A stretch of DNA of 64,000 nt from Psilocybe cubensis (taxonomy: Eukaryota), in the NCBI GenBank assembly GCA_017499595.2, contig CM039006.1:1178001-1242000 (forward strand). Reading direction: 5' to 3'. Made by a program: the position numbers and the translations under genes. Position 1 is the stretch's first letter. Every line of letters starts with the position of its first letter. Below are positions 27,152 through 40,700 of the stretch, one piece after another. The notes beneath the pieces were generated by a model. It was not told where the DNA came from. It made no database searches and was given only the letters and a program-made list of their open reading frames with translations.

Positions 27152-27790
27152 CTTTGCAGTAGCTTGGTAATTAAACAATATAATGGCAAATATTTTCTTA
27201 GTGAGGGAGGAAACAGGAGAGTTGCGAGGTTAGAAATGTACCAGTCTTGTATTTAGCGAAAGAACTCAAACAGACTCACCAAAATTCAGACCAAGATTTC
27301 AATGCTTCGTCATGCAGTGATGATAAACTGTTTCAGGTGGAGAGAGATCCATGAAGCGGGACTTTGGTTCAACATCTGAGGCTGGAGTGTGTTTCATGCG
27401 GGGAGACGACTTTTGCACGATTTGGCCAGTGCTACTTGATCCATCAAGTTGGCTATGCTACAGTGATATTGACAATCAACGATCGCACAATGGAAAAGCT
27501 CAGACTGACCTTTAGATAAATTGAGAATCTTTCACGAAGTTTCAAACTGAAAGTTCTGTTATTAAGTTCCAGACAGGAGACAACTTTGGAGGGCTTGATG
27601 AGTATGTAATGGGTCGCGGCCTGTGTCATGAGGTTAGGGTTTCAGACCTTGACACGTCTGAAGGCTTCAAAAATCATTTTAGCTTTGCGTCTCTCGTGTT
27701 ATAACCGCTCAACAACATCATTCTTTACTGCAGTCAAATAGACATCGGCCGGCCGTGGGGACATAATATCACAAAAAAATGAAATTAAGT

Positions 27791-27882
27791 CTCTCTGTCT
27801 GGGAGTCGAACCCAGCTTTCGCGCGATCAATTCACATGATATGAATGACAGGCGCGTGTACTAACCGATATACTAACAGAGA
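27791..27882 (-). tRNA. tRNA-Asp(GTC) with a 20-nt intron (27826-27845)
   Basis: Reverse complement TCTCTGTTAGTATATCGGTTAGTACACGCGCCT-GTC-A[intron]CGCGCGAAAGCTGGGTTCGACTCCCAGACAGAGAG folds as a cloverleaf; oligo-T terminator downstream. Confidence 0.93.
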
Positions 27883-28120
27883 CTTATTGTAAGGTTAACA
27901 TTTATAATTCTGGTTCTAATAAACGGTTAGCACAACCAAAGCGATACCAGAGAAGCGTCAGCCAAAAAAACAGATCTCTAACCATCTCACGTATAATTTA
28001 CTATAAAGGAGCATTATATACAACGTATCCAAAAGAACCAATACAAAAGAAATATTTACAGAGATGTACTTTTGAAGTGACCATCAGGTCTCCTCACAGA
28101 TCTGCAACATGCTTACAGAT

Positions 28121-30299
28121 TCATTTACCTCTCGTTATGTTGTCTACCATCTTCCAACCCGAAACGAGAGTTTGGCGGAGGCTCCCCATTCCTGGTTGAG
28201 CACTTGAGCCATTACCTGACGGCAAAGTGTACGGTTCTGAGATTTTCACCAATTCTGCGGCAGTTCGGCGATCTGAGGGTGCAAAAGGTTGATTCCTGCA
28301 TCAAGGTATCAAAACATTGAGCAGTATACAATTTGAGCAACACTGTTACATACAAATTCGTGAAAATGAAGTCATTCAGGTCGGGATTAGCGTGCTTTGG
28401 TATCGAGTCAGCTTTTATGCTAACAGAAGATTGCATGAAACTTACTGCTGTGATTTCGTGCAACTCCCGCTGGAGGCATAAGCAGAAATAATCGAGATCT
28501 GCCGAGATTTGTATAGATGTAAGATAGATAATGAGTGAGCGTACATACCGAGGTCATTTAGGTCATAATTGAAAGGGTTTTCACTATCGAAGATAAAGTT
28601 TAAAATGATTGAAAACAGTACTGGCCACATAACAAAAAAGGCGTACATTTCCTGCCCGATCTCCAGGAATCCGAGAAGGAGGAAAGACGCAAATGCAGTT
28701 GCCGGAATCGTTATAACTCCGTAAGAAGTGTAAATTTGGAACTGAATTTAAATGAGCAAACGAGGCAGGACAGCGTGGAAAGACTCACAGGGAGTAGAAT
28801 CAGATATAACCTGTGGGTCAAAATTGTCCATCAGCTTCATAAGGTTATGATCACCGACTCAAAAGACAGACCAGAGCGACATCCTCAAATGGGCTTGATA
28901 GGCAAACGGAAGGGGGGTGTTGCATATTCTTTCCAAATTTGACACAGTATCTTGAAGGAGGAAGAGGTTGTTGGTGATGCCCGAAGCTATCGACGGCTGA
29001 ACCAGATTATTTTTCATGAGCCCTGAAGATGTATCATGAACTTAGTGGACAATCATCGAGAACCATAATCAAGACGTACAACACGAATAACTTGGCATAA
29101 CAGTTTAATTAAGACCAAAAGGCGAATAAATATCAAACGACTCACTTCGACAGAACAAGAGAAATTTCCAAGGGTATGTGACTTTCAACAATCTCAGAAT
29201 ACGCTTTTCTTCTATTCGACCGTAGTCGACCCTTTGGTTTGCGAATCAGCATGCCCCATGTCCAAGGAAAAATTCGGAGTATGGGTATGTAATCAAAAAT
29301 CGTGTAATGGGGAGGGTTTCTAGCAGGTCGCAGTGGATGCTCGCTATCAATTTGGGGCAGCAGTGCCTCAGGATCAAATGTATCGGTACGTTGTGGGCGA
29401 GAAAATGTGCTACTAGTTTTCTCTTTGTCGTTAGACATAGGCTCGGCGGTGGTCTTTGTTTTGGCTGTTTCGAAGCCTTCAGGGAGGTGCCATAATGGAA
29501 GCATAGATGACTCGTCAAATGACATTTTGTCTGATTCGCCAACGTATCGAGGAAGAAACGAGATCAGAGGGTAGAGATCTTCGTAATAAACGCCTTGCTC
29601 GCCCCGAAGCAGGTGCTAGAACAGAAAGCAGAGGTCAGAAAAAATCCGAGTTTCTTCGATTTTCCATACTTTCACAGAGACCGAAAAGGCCTGGACCTTT
29701 AGGCAAAGATTTCAGTAATATGTATTAGGAAGAATATCCGTCAAAATCTTACCAAATTTATCATTGTTTTCTTTTCGATAACACATTCAACGGGTGTGCT
29801 ATCTTTTCGTTGATCGGGCACATGTATCCAGATCTTATGAGAAATGGCTAAGCCAAGTATTACTATGATAGATTGATTATACACACCATCTGCGCAAGAT
29901 TCTTCGAGGCCACCATTATAGTCGTCCACATCTTTCGCCCTTCTTGGTACCTAATGGAATACAGCTAAGGCGTCAATTAGCCTGGATTGCAATACATAGA
30001 AATACACGCCTTTCATATGCAGATGATGTCCTGAAAGAGATTACTAGACCAAGGACGAGACCAAGCACAGTTAATAATTGATTCGATACCCCAAGGTCAG
30101 CGCTGGTATGCTCCGACACAAGAACAACCACTGTACGTGACTTGAATAATTCTCCTGTGTTTGTAAATTGACGCGCTAGGTACTTACTCGTTGCCACAAG
30201 AGTGAAGAAAATGACTTCAGGCCAAATGTCGTCTACAACAGTTGCCCCGAACTTCTTCGCCGTCCACGTTCCTCGAAAAAGTGGATTGTTGGCTACCAT
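28121..30299 (-). CDS. Bestrophin/UPF0187 family anion channel
   Basis: LGLVISFRTSSAYER, TPLPFAYQAHL and FLEIGQEI|ENPFNYDLNDL motifs; many short introns. Confidence 0.88.
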
Positions 30300-30944
30300 T
30301 GTGGCCAATGCTCAAGGTCGAAGGAATTCGAAATGTGATACGCAGTACTCCAGAGCACAAACGTGGGGCCGACAGCAGGAGGCGGCGGGAATGAGGAGTC
30401 ACCTCTCACGAAGCAACGATTCTTTTGTAGGAATCTACCATGATTCCTCCTCATGGCGGAAACGTGATGCGAGGTAATTAAAAAAAGACATCACGAAGTC
30501 GCCATAGAAGTTTCTAAGTCGGCGATGTCAGCTCGCTCAGTGCCCAACACTGTCGCTAAGTTATTCTTCGTATGTTGAATAAATACATTAAGGAAAGTAC
30601 AGAGCTGCACACCTAGGCTACAGTCTTCATCCTTAAGACCGATGTAATGCGTCAAATCCAATGCCACCTGGTGCTAAATTCGGCACACCATGAGTATATT
30701 TATCTCAATATAATGACAATTGAAGATATTTTGGCCTGTCGGAGAGAAAATTGAAACTCTTGATACGTCAGAAGAAGTCGCCATCTTTAGATTAAAAAGG
30801 GAGGAAAGGATGAGAATCCTATAGCAAGAGTAGCAATGGGTAAGATTCAGCACAGGCGAGTCCAAATCGTGCACAGCAAATCACACACTAACAGTGATCC
30901 AGTGATCACATGTCCTGCCTATCAAAGGTTGCAGTTTCTTCATC

Positions 30945-31491
30945 ATGATCACCTTGACTGTTGAGCCGTACCAACCTCTTTCATCCAGTTTCAAGCATCA
31001 AGTTTCAAATTTCCTCAAAGTCCGAAGCTTGTATGATGATATTATATTCAATTCACCAAAAATGAGCAATTACATTTCTCGCTCTGCCCAAGGATAGCCG
31101 TTTCCAAGACCCTGCCTCCAGATGTCTGGCACAAATTGTCGACTCGCGCAAGTTTCCAACCCTCACGGATGAAACAGAAAGTACAGAGGAATGATTGGTT
31201 GCAGTGTTGTAGAGTTATGTTATCCGAATCGAGGAAAATAACCCCCGAGGCTCGGTTTGCGTTTTCCTCGGGAGAAATCTCAAAGAACACAAAGATTTTT
31301 GGAGCCAGTGAGATTGACTATTGGGTCGACCATCCAGTCACTGAGAAGGTATGTGAGTTTTTTAGGTCAGTCCTTTTTTCTACAATTAATGTTTTCTTGG
31401 TCAGGATCTGCAACTTCGAGCGAAAAGAAATGTTCGCCGTTTCGGTGTCTGTTCCATGGACTCTTGGCGTATGAGGACGGTGTCTTTTTGA
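30945..31491 (+). CDS. Hypothetical ~142-aa 3-exon protein or relic with a weak F-box-like start
   Basis: Exons 30945-31030, 31093-31348 and 31405-31491 join in frame at GTATGA/AG and GTATGT/CAG sites. KVRSLIAVSKTLPPDVW loosely resembles agaric F-box starts. Confidence 0.3.
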
Positions 31492-31658
31492 TCATGCTTT
31501 GGAAAGTTCATTGTTTTTGATGGCCACTGAAAACTCCAAATGACCGGGCAACATGGACAAAACCACTAGCATTCGCCATGTGGAACAATCTGGAACCCTA
31601 GCAGTACATGGATGTCATAAAATAGCTCTTTTACCCTATTATTCATCCCCCACCAAAA

Positions 31659-32988
31659 ATGCTTCATCACCAACGCCTACGCTCTGCGATCTCCTTCGCG
31701 TTGCTTTCAACATCTCAAGTTTCTGCTATTGCTTATCCCACTTCATCCGCCATACCGTTCTCCCCTGGATTCAATGTCACTGCGGTGTTGGAATATGCAA
31801 TCTCTCTGCCGTCACACTCTTGGGAATATGGGACTGCCACCCAAGCTCTCCTCGAACTCTTCGACGCGCCCCACTCCGTCTTCGGTGCAAACCCCTTCCC
31901 AGTCCCGAAGCTAGATCCTAAAAATACTCCCGCTCTGGCGTACGCCAAGGAAAAGATTGTTATTGGTCCTCCTCCGAACGGTCTAAGCGATGGAGACGGT
32001 GCTGTGGGTGATCCAGCTAGTTTAGGTGTCAGCGCTGTACTCCTTGGGAAGACAGATCCATCCTACGCAACTGCAGCAAAGTTACAAGCCGAATACGTTA
32101 TCTATGACGCACCAAGATGGCACAACGGAGCGATTTCGCATCGTGCTGACCACCCCGAAATTTGGTGAGTATAGATTGGTTTAGTAGACAAACGTCAGGA
32201 CTGAACATGTGTTAAGGGCCGATTTTGTCTACATGGCGCCTCCTTTCCTTGCGTACTATGGGGTTGCAACAAATAACGTAACGATACTCCAAGAGGCCGT
32301 TACCCAATGCCTACTCTATGCTGAAGGTCTTCGAGCAAACACGACTACAGATCCGGCCACTCCTCCAGCCTCTCATCCAGTTTCTGCTCAAGGCCTTTGG
32401 ACGCATATTCTTGGGTATTGGTGGGCCGATGCTGGATTGTGGTCCTCTGGAAATGCTTGGGCAGCCGCCGGCATCATGCGTGTTCTTGCCACCGTCATTA
32501 AGGCCCCTCCATCACTCTTCGCGGGCAAAAACGGACTCCCAGATGCATCCTGGAGACAACGGGCCATAAGCTCATTGGTAGCCGAAATTCGCACCATCTT
32601 GGACGGCGCCATGAGAATGGAGAACGAGAACAGCCTTCTACGGAACTATCTCGACGATCCAACTTGGTTTGGGGAGGTGTCAGGAAGCTCCCTGCTGGCG
32701 AGCGTTGCGTATCGTCTTACCACTTTTTCCAAGTCTTACGGATCTGCTGCACTGCCCAATTCTGTCTCTACTCGTTATATTGACTGGGCAGAGAAAATTC
32801 GAGTAACTTTGGGAAGTAACGGACACATTACGAGCGCTGGTATTGCGACTCCAGCTGTCAACCCTCTTGACTGGAACGACCGGAACCACTTCACTACTGG
32901 AAGCCCAGAAGGCAACAATTTCGTTATTTTGTTGTACACGGCGTGGAGAGATTGTGTTAAAGCTGGGATTAAAGGTTGCAAAGTCTAA
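31659..32988 (+). CDS. Secreted six-hairpin glycosidase, GH105/GH88-like (copy 1)
   Basis: Signal peptide; SHSWEYGT, GDPASLG, GAISHR, IW|ADFVYMAPPFLA, WSSGNAWAAAG, SPEGNNF; one intron at ~32165-32217. Confidence 0.85.
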
Positions 32989-34547
32989 TAGGATTCGAAG
33001 TTTATCAGTTCATAAAATACATAAATCATTGTTACTCTGTATATAAAATACTTGTTACGCAAAGCATCGTGATTTTTATACCTTGGTGTTTTGTGCACCT
33101 AAATGAATATAATAATTTCCAAAGAGTGGTGTTAAGATTGTATCGTCATCGCCAGGAATTTTGTTGTGAGCGTGGTTCGAACTTCGAACGACATCAGGAC
33201 GGGCTGATTTTCCCGTTTTGATGTGACACGCTCCTTGAACTCTTTAAACAACTCACTTCTTCACTCTTGTCCTCTCACTTGTGCTGGTTATTCCCTAGCT
33301 CATGGTCACAAATACCGTTCACTCGCCGCATTACATTACTCCCAGGGACATGCCTCCGAAATTCTGGCCAGGACGTCAATCAGCGAAGTAGCCTTGTGAC
33401 GCTTCAATCCACACGCCCCAATCCACATCCTTGTTAAATTGGGTATCTTCGATGGCGACTTCATTCATCGCGAAGCCTCGGACGATCAACTTAAATTATG
33501 GTCCAGCGAACGCTTCTTTACGCTTCAAAGCTCAAAGTTGTTCTCAATTTTAGAACTTTAGCGGCCAGTGGCAGCGCTTGCGGCCCGCTCATGTCACTCT
33601 TTTCTTGTGCCTTCTGGTTCAATCACATCTGCTTTCGCGATGTACTTACAATACGTGGTGCTACCGCTCAGAGTAGCAGGGTGGTCTGGTGGCTTTCAGT
33701 TTTTCATACAAGTTTGGCTGCAGAGTCTCATATGCTTTCATAAGCTTCACGATTAATGCCATCCAGTATCTACATTCCTACTATGACCCCAAGTTGGATG
33801 GCGCCACATGGTCACCAGTTTAACGTTGCAACTATTTCAGTTCTGGGGTGAATGTTGTGAGTCAATATATACTCACATTGGCACACTTTTAATTTAATTA
33901 CCAGGAATTCTAAGCTTCTCGCTTCTTGTTGATTGCTCTGTCATTTATGAACAATGTGGATATGTTCAAAATCATACATTGGAGGGCATTTAAAACACTG
34001 GGAAATTTTGCCTTACGTATGTCAGATGCGTCTATTTGGTCGTATTCTGTTTTCAGGCATGGCACACCTGAGATGGGAAATACAGCTCCACCGTGACGCT
34101 TAATGTTCATGCTACTACTGGGAAACGTCTGGGTGACGTTTCTGCATGATAAGTATAAACCTTTGTCTTCAGCGTCCTCTTTTCCCGTCTTTGATAGGAC
34201 GACCGGAATTCAAGTCAGAAAGACGAGCCACGGGTACAACGGATGGCGTCGGCTGTGACAGGCTTTGCCAAATGCTCGCTGGACTCGGCCGACTCAAGTT
34301 TCAGGAATGACCTTTGCTAGCAAATCAATCTCCTGACTTGACATTGAGCTATTAATTATTTTTATAGAAGCGGTGGGTCACCAGAACGTCCCTAACTTTC
34401 TTCGGGTGTTTGGGCCACATAGATTCACCCATCTTATTCTCCGAAGGCCATATGCAACCACTTGACAGGAACACCTTAAATTAGCACGCTGTTATATTTT
34501 CCCTGTTCGTTTACCGCCCCTCGTTTTTGTTCATCCCGGCAGACAAA

Positions 34548-35908
34548 ATGTTAAACCAACGCGTTTGGACTCATGTCATCGCCCACACGCTCTTTTTACT
34601 ACCTCAAGTCTCTGCTATCCACTCGCCATTCGCCAACGCCATTCCATTTTCTCCAGGATTCAATGTCAGCGCAGTCTTAGAACGCGCCGTGTCTCTACCA
34701 TCTCATTCATGGGAGTTTGGAACGGCTTCTGAGGCCTTACTCGAGCTTTTCGACGCGCCATACTCCGTATTCGGGGCAAATCCCTTCCCAGTCCCGCTCC
34801 TTAACCCGGAATCCACGCGTTCTTTGGTATATGCAAAGGAAAAAATTGTTATTGGAATCCCTCCTAATGGGTTGAGCGACGGTGATGGTGCGGTAGGCGA
34901 CCCCGCCAGCTTGGGAGTGAGCGCTGTGTTGCTGGGCCAAACCGACGTCACATATACAGCAGCTGCTAAGGCGGAGATAGATTACCTCCTCTCTGGCGCA
35001 CCGAGGTGGCCTAATGGTGCCATATCCCATCGTGCTGATCATCCAGAGCTTTGGTGAGCATTTCATCGTTGGATTTTTTAAGCTTGAAAACGCTGAATCA
35101 CTTCAAATTTCCTGTCAACAGGGCAGATTTTATTTATATGGCACCTCCTTTCATGGCTTACTACGGAGTTGCGACAAATAACGCCAGTATACTCCGTGAA
35201 GCTGTCGAACAATGTTTGCTCTACCCACAGGTGCTTCGTGCAAACACAACTACAGATGTCGCTACACCTCCGTCATCGCATCCTGCATCTGCATCTGGCT
35301 TATGGACTCACATATTTGGTCCATTTTCCGACCCAGGGATCTGGTCTACTGGGAATGGTTGGGCTGCAGCAGGTATGATGCGAGTCTTAGCTGCCCTTGT
35401 TAAAGCCCCTCCATCCCTTTTCTTCGTCCCTTATTCTGCTAGCTCCAGCAATCTTCCAGACGCAGCTTGGAGGAGGCAAGCAATTTCATCTCTTGTTACC
35501 GAAATCCGTAAGATTCTCGATGGTGCGATGCGGATGCAGATGGACCAAGGATTACTGCTAAACTACCTCGACGATCCCACCTGGTTTGGTGAAATCTCCG
35601 GTAGCACCCTGCTCGCCAGCGTTGCATACCGTCTCAGTACCCACTCTGCTCTTCTGGGAGCCTCCGCTCTCTCACCGTCAGTTTCAAGTCGATATATTCA
35701 GTGGGCAGAAAATATTCGGCTGACGTTGGGTAACAACGCTCACATTACAAGTAATGGAACGGCGACCCCTGCCATCAACCCCTTGGATTGGAACGATCGC
35801 ACCCCTTTCACTTCCGGAAGTCCCGAAGGAAACAACTTTGTCATCCTATTGTATTCGGCGTGGAGGGATTGCGTCAAAGCTGGAATTAGGGGATGCAGCG
35901 TATATTAA
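34548..35908 (+). CDS. Secreted six-hairpin glycosidase, GH105/GH88-like (copy 2)
   Basis: Close paralogue of 31659-32988 with the same intron position (LW|ADFIYMAPPF) and WSTGNGWAAAG. Confidence 0.85.
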
Positions 35909-36863
35909 TAATTGATTTAAAAAAGAGCCAACGGGCGCTTCCTTGCCAATTCTACAATTATATCCTATCGCTGAGCTCCCTTTGAATTATCTTTTAACAT
36001 ATTACGACAACATTGTTTGTAAATACTGTTACTCTTATTTATTTCTGAAATTGTCGCTTTTACCCTCATCTTCGTCACTTATTAGTTTGTAATACTTGCA
36101 AGGCTCTTGCAGCTATCTGCTTCTCGTAAAATTAGATTTAAAGAACAAAATGAAGATAAGGCGACTTTTTCTACGCTCAGTTATTGTTGGTCGTAAAATG
36201 AATTACAAAGAGTGGGAAGTACTTACAATTGAATCTTAGTAAGAACCTGAATGGCGATAAATGAAGCGCTCGGCCAAAATCGTTGACGTTCCTGTCGGAT
36301 CCAAACGCTCAAGTTTCAACAAAGATATTTATATCCTTGTGTTGAGCGCACTGAGATGCTGAAATGTCTCCTGCTGATTGCTGCGCGTCTTGCAGATGCA
36401 ATATTGCTATGGAACCGAATAGACTGGAGTCGCTGAAAGCGAATAGTGATGGTTGACATGTTTTCTCCAAAATGCAACTGCTCCCTGCGGCTTTTTAAGA
36501 TCTAGACTATGAAGCACGACATCATGTAACCAACCGCATTATATTTGAAGACACATGATCTCCTAGTACATTCAAGTAGCGCTAAACTAGTAATTCAATA
36601 GATGAAAGGGTGAACAAATAGTTATGTATGATAAAAATAGTTGAAGAATACTGGCAAATAATACAATTAAACGGCGGCGGCCTCTTCTTCGGATATGCGG
36701 TACACGCCTAGATTGGCGGGCTTCAGCTTTGTTTTGTCCTTTGAAGAGAACGTGGTTATATATGTGAAACCAAAATAGAGTGATAAAATTTACCATATAG
36801 AGACTTGCGTCACCACTAATTCGCTGACGAGGGTGTACCATCTCAAATGGCTAGTAGTGGAAT

Positions 36864-38346
36864 TTAGGGGGAATGCGTTGTTACTGAGGGGATATTTACA
36901 GCAATTTTGATAGTTTCACACACCTGGTCATGGGAGAAAACGGTGTTGCTATCTTGACCGGTCGTCTTTGCCCTTGCGAACAGGTCGTTCTGAAGAATCT
37001 CTTGTCGCATTTCATTCCTAGCGTTGAGCCTATTTAACGATTTAGTTGGTAAAGAAGTCCTTTCCAAGATGCCTGGACGTACGCGGATAAAAGGCTGTTC
37101 GAGTAAACTAAGTGGTCATCAGTTTACATTGGATGGCACTAGAGCAGATGAGAATAATCGAAGCTTACGTTTTGCAACAAATGTATAGACAGCCAGCCAG
37201 ACGGCTAAGCAATAGTGATTAGCAGGATATCACTTCAAAATAGAATCCTTCTTCTCACTGTTATTAGGCATGGCTTGAAGCTAGAGTAGAGAAACATCAT
37301 TGATTGAACTATCAGAATTGATGAGGTATTGTCCAACTTACACATATTACAAGTGCAACAGATGCCACACTGAGAGGGTGATGTTAACACCAAATCGATA
37401 ACATCGTTCATAAATATGCAAATCTTGCCTTGTAAGGAGACCGGATCCTAAGCATATATCTCAATATAATTTGATTAGATACGCGGGGATGTGACTTACG
37501 AATCGTATAAGCAACTAGACGATTAATCAATCCGGATATCCTGTAGCAATTATTTCGGGTCAATACTTTCCAGAGACAATTAATGAGATTAACGTACCGC
37601 TCCATGGCTTTCCCCCTCTTCCTCGACAAATAGTACATCATAGAGCCAGCAATTATGATGTCGACTGCGGCGCCCACGACAAAGGTCGTTGTGATGAGCC
37701 AGCCATATGTGTCTCGATATTCCTCGAAGCTTCTTGCTGTAACGCCGGTAACTGTGAGGTAAATGGTTGCAATAAAGCGAACAGTAGAGACTCCTGTGCA
37801 GGCAGCGCCGATGTACTTGTAAGATCCAGGAAAGAGCTTCGATAAACGGATAGCGAAGAAAGCCTAGATTAAAATTGAGGGCTTGTTGAATGCAAGAGTG
37901 TATGTGAAACATTACCTGTGCAAGAAGAGTAACCGCCCCGCCGAAAACAACTACAGCCCCTATAGCTTCAAATTTGACGAGTTTCTCTGGTTCTCCGTAC
38001 AATGTTATCGTAGAATGATAAACTTCATAACTGATGCCCAGTGTATGAGCAGCTTCCAAAAACCTTCACGAGATGCTGTTAGTCTAACGAAGTAGAAGTT
38101 GCCGTAAGTTTGTACCAGATAGAAGCAACCTATTCCAATGACAGAATTTGGTTAAATCCAATATAACGACACAGTAAAGTAACACACCAATGCCTTATTA
38201 ACCCATCCATCTTCTTTATACATAGCATAATAGTTATATGTTTGAACAGACACCACGCCGAAAAGAAAGACACCAATTAGCGAGCCAATCTGTAAGACGC
38301 CAATGGTGGGGTTGAGGTCGACATGGATGTAAGTGAACGAGGACAT
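36864..38346 (-). CDS. Multi-pass fungal membrane protein (DUF6534-like)
   Basis: LNPTIGVLQIGSLIGVFLFGVVSVQTYNYY, AAVDIIIAGSMMYYL, INRLVAYTI and LYSNSL...LNARNEMR are typical of this agaric 7-TM family; many small exons. Confidence 0.8.
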
Positions 38347-40700
38347 CTTCGATGGGCTCAGCCACAGATCGAAAAGGGGGATGAGGTTCTCGAATGAGGC
38401 AGCTCCTGAAAACAGTGATGATTTGCTTTATAAAAAGGAGACAACCAACAGGATATAAACCAATGCCATAACGTGCGGAGATTTGAATATTCTCGCAAGT
38501 GAAAATATTGTCATCTCCGGCGATATGTGCAGGTAGACTGGAGTAACGAAATCATAAATGAGCGGGCAATGAACCTAAAAAGAGAAGATAGTACACATCA
38601 ACATCCTTCATCACCGACAGAGTGGCCGTACGACATACGTCAGACACCAGCAGACACCTTCCGCTCGCTCAACCTCACCGACAATGAGACATCAATGTTC
38701 GCGCTCTCGCCAGATATCTTCGATGGCCTTATAGATCCTTGAAATTTCGACCAGAGTTAGCCTGTAAAATGGCAACTGGAATATTCATAGTTCACCTATG
38801 GTTCTAACCCATGCGCATTTATCGCGGGTTTCGATAGACGTTGCAATAGGAATTGATTTGGTTGACACACGCTTGCGCCACCAGTGGCCTCAAAGCGGGA
38901 GGTTTTTTTATAGTATACGCCGTACCAGAGTTATTACCGGAACGCATGAGAGGCCATAGAACGGGATGAAACCAGGATATGAGACTGAAAGACATAAAGG
39001 ATCCAACGGTTCATGGGGAGGTTTAAGATGTGAAGAAGAGACACGATGGAAGAGGACGAAAGAGACTTGCAGGCACCTCCGTCAGTTGAGCAGGCAAGAA
39101 ATGACCGTGACCGTACAAGAAAAGCCTCACGTGCGGAGTCTTGGACGTGCCTAGATTTCGTGGTCGTAATGTTCCTGATATGGAAGTTGAGCGGCTAAAT
39201 AATGCCGGGTTATTAATATCCTCAGTGCTCAAGTGGTGTGGACGATGATAGATTTAAAGGCAGCTTTCATCCGTATTGCTATGTGTCCACGCGGTATTTC
39301 AGGCACAGCCGTGTTCCATCCACCCAACTTATTGAATCAGCGTTGACTAGATGCTCGCCGACTTTGGGCCAACTTAGTAATGGCAGAAACATGACCTCAA
39401 GACTAGTACTACCAAACTAACTTTCGAACATCGTATATGGTTTGAACGGTTACAAGAGATAACGACATTACTTGCAGCAATACTTCATCAACATTGGCTG
39501 TAGGAACGTCTGCGATCATAGTGTGGCATTTGATATATTTCACCCATAGTAACGTACCCTGCTATTGCAGGTCTATCTAAGATTTGAAATAGCTCATGTC
39601 ATAATGACACTCTCACTTCATAAACATTGTAAGAGAGAGAATATAATACAGCAACTAAGACCATACAGGCATTAGTCTGTCTGGATAGATACTATCCATT
39701 GAGACGGGGTTATCTCAAGGCAGACTGAACTGGTATTCACGTTCACCAGTTACATGGCACCCTCATACCGACAAATCAATCAACGCAAAGGAAGAAACGC
39801 CTCTTCATGTAAGTAGACAGTGTATGGCATAGTCTGAGTATGCAAGTGTCATGTACAGCTTAATCAAAACCATAATATCGTTATCGTGCTGGGCTTTGGT
39901 AGCTGTGTACAGCTGATGTGTTGCAACTCCAAACAGGAAATTTCTGGCTGGATGATTCGGATATAATTTCTGGATGAAATAAATGGTTTCCTCTGCCACA
40001 TATGACTCAGAAATCTAACTACAAAGATAGACCTTTTTTCACGCTAGGGTTTAACTCAGCCTGTGGAGTAAGAACTGGCTGCTGGCCAGTCGATGATTTA
40101 TATTCATGCACTACGCTAGCCGTAAATAGTGATTGGGCTTTCGGTAATAATAGTACAAGATACTGTGTAGTGGTTCTATCCACTGGAGTTTATATGATAA
40201 AAAAACCGAGCCGTCAGATTGAGTCCATTCCCTTGATTACATGATTTGTTGGGTAAAAGATTGAATCGGGTCACCGAGACCTTTAGCGCCGACCGCAGAA
40301 GCGGGGCGTTAACGCCATATGGAAAATATGAAAGATGATAAATGAAGAGGATCATACCACTCAGCGGAGAGTGCTCTACGACTGGAAACAGTAGCAGAAA
40401 GTCGTGAAGGTTACAAACCATGGATCTGACGTGCTTGAGAATATGTCACTGAAGTATGAAACAGGGATTGTACAATGAGAATCTGTATATGGGCTATATA
40501 AATAGTTTATGAGTAAAAGAGGGTGGAAAGCTACATAAGAATTAAGTGTGGCAAGATGTTAAGGATAGAACAGAGCGTAATCTCCAGGTACGCAAACGTA
40601 TGCAAAGGAAAAATGAAACTAGGTGTAGAGCTTGTGATAATGGTAATGCTGAGTTAAAAGAGAGTGCAGGTTACCTTGTCAAATTTATTTTGAGCCAAGG

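Noticed and set aside
27791-27882. Introns in the tRNA-Asp and tRNA-Ala genes
   Set aside because: Canonical position (after nt 37) and common in basidiomycetes; not novel.
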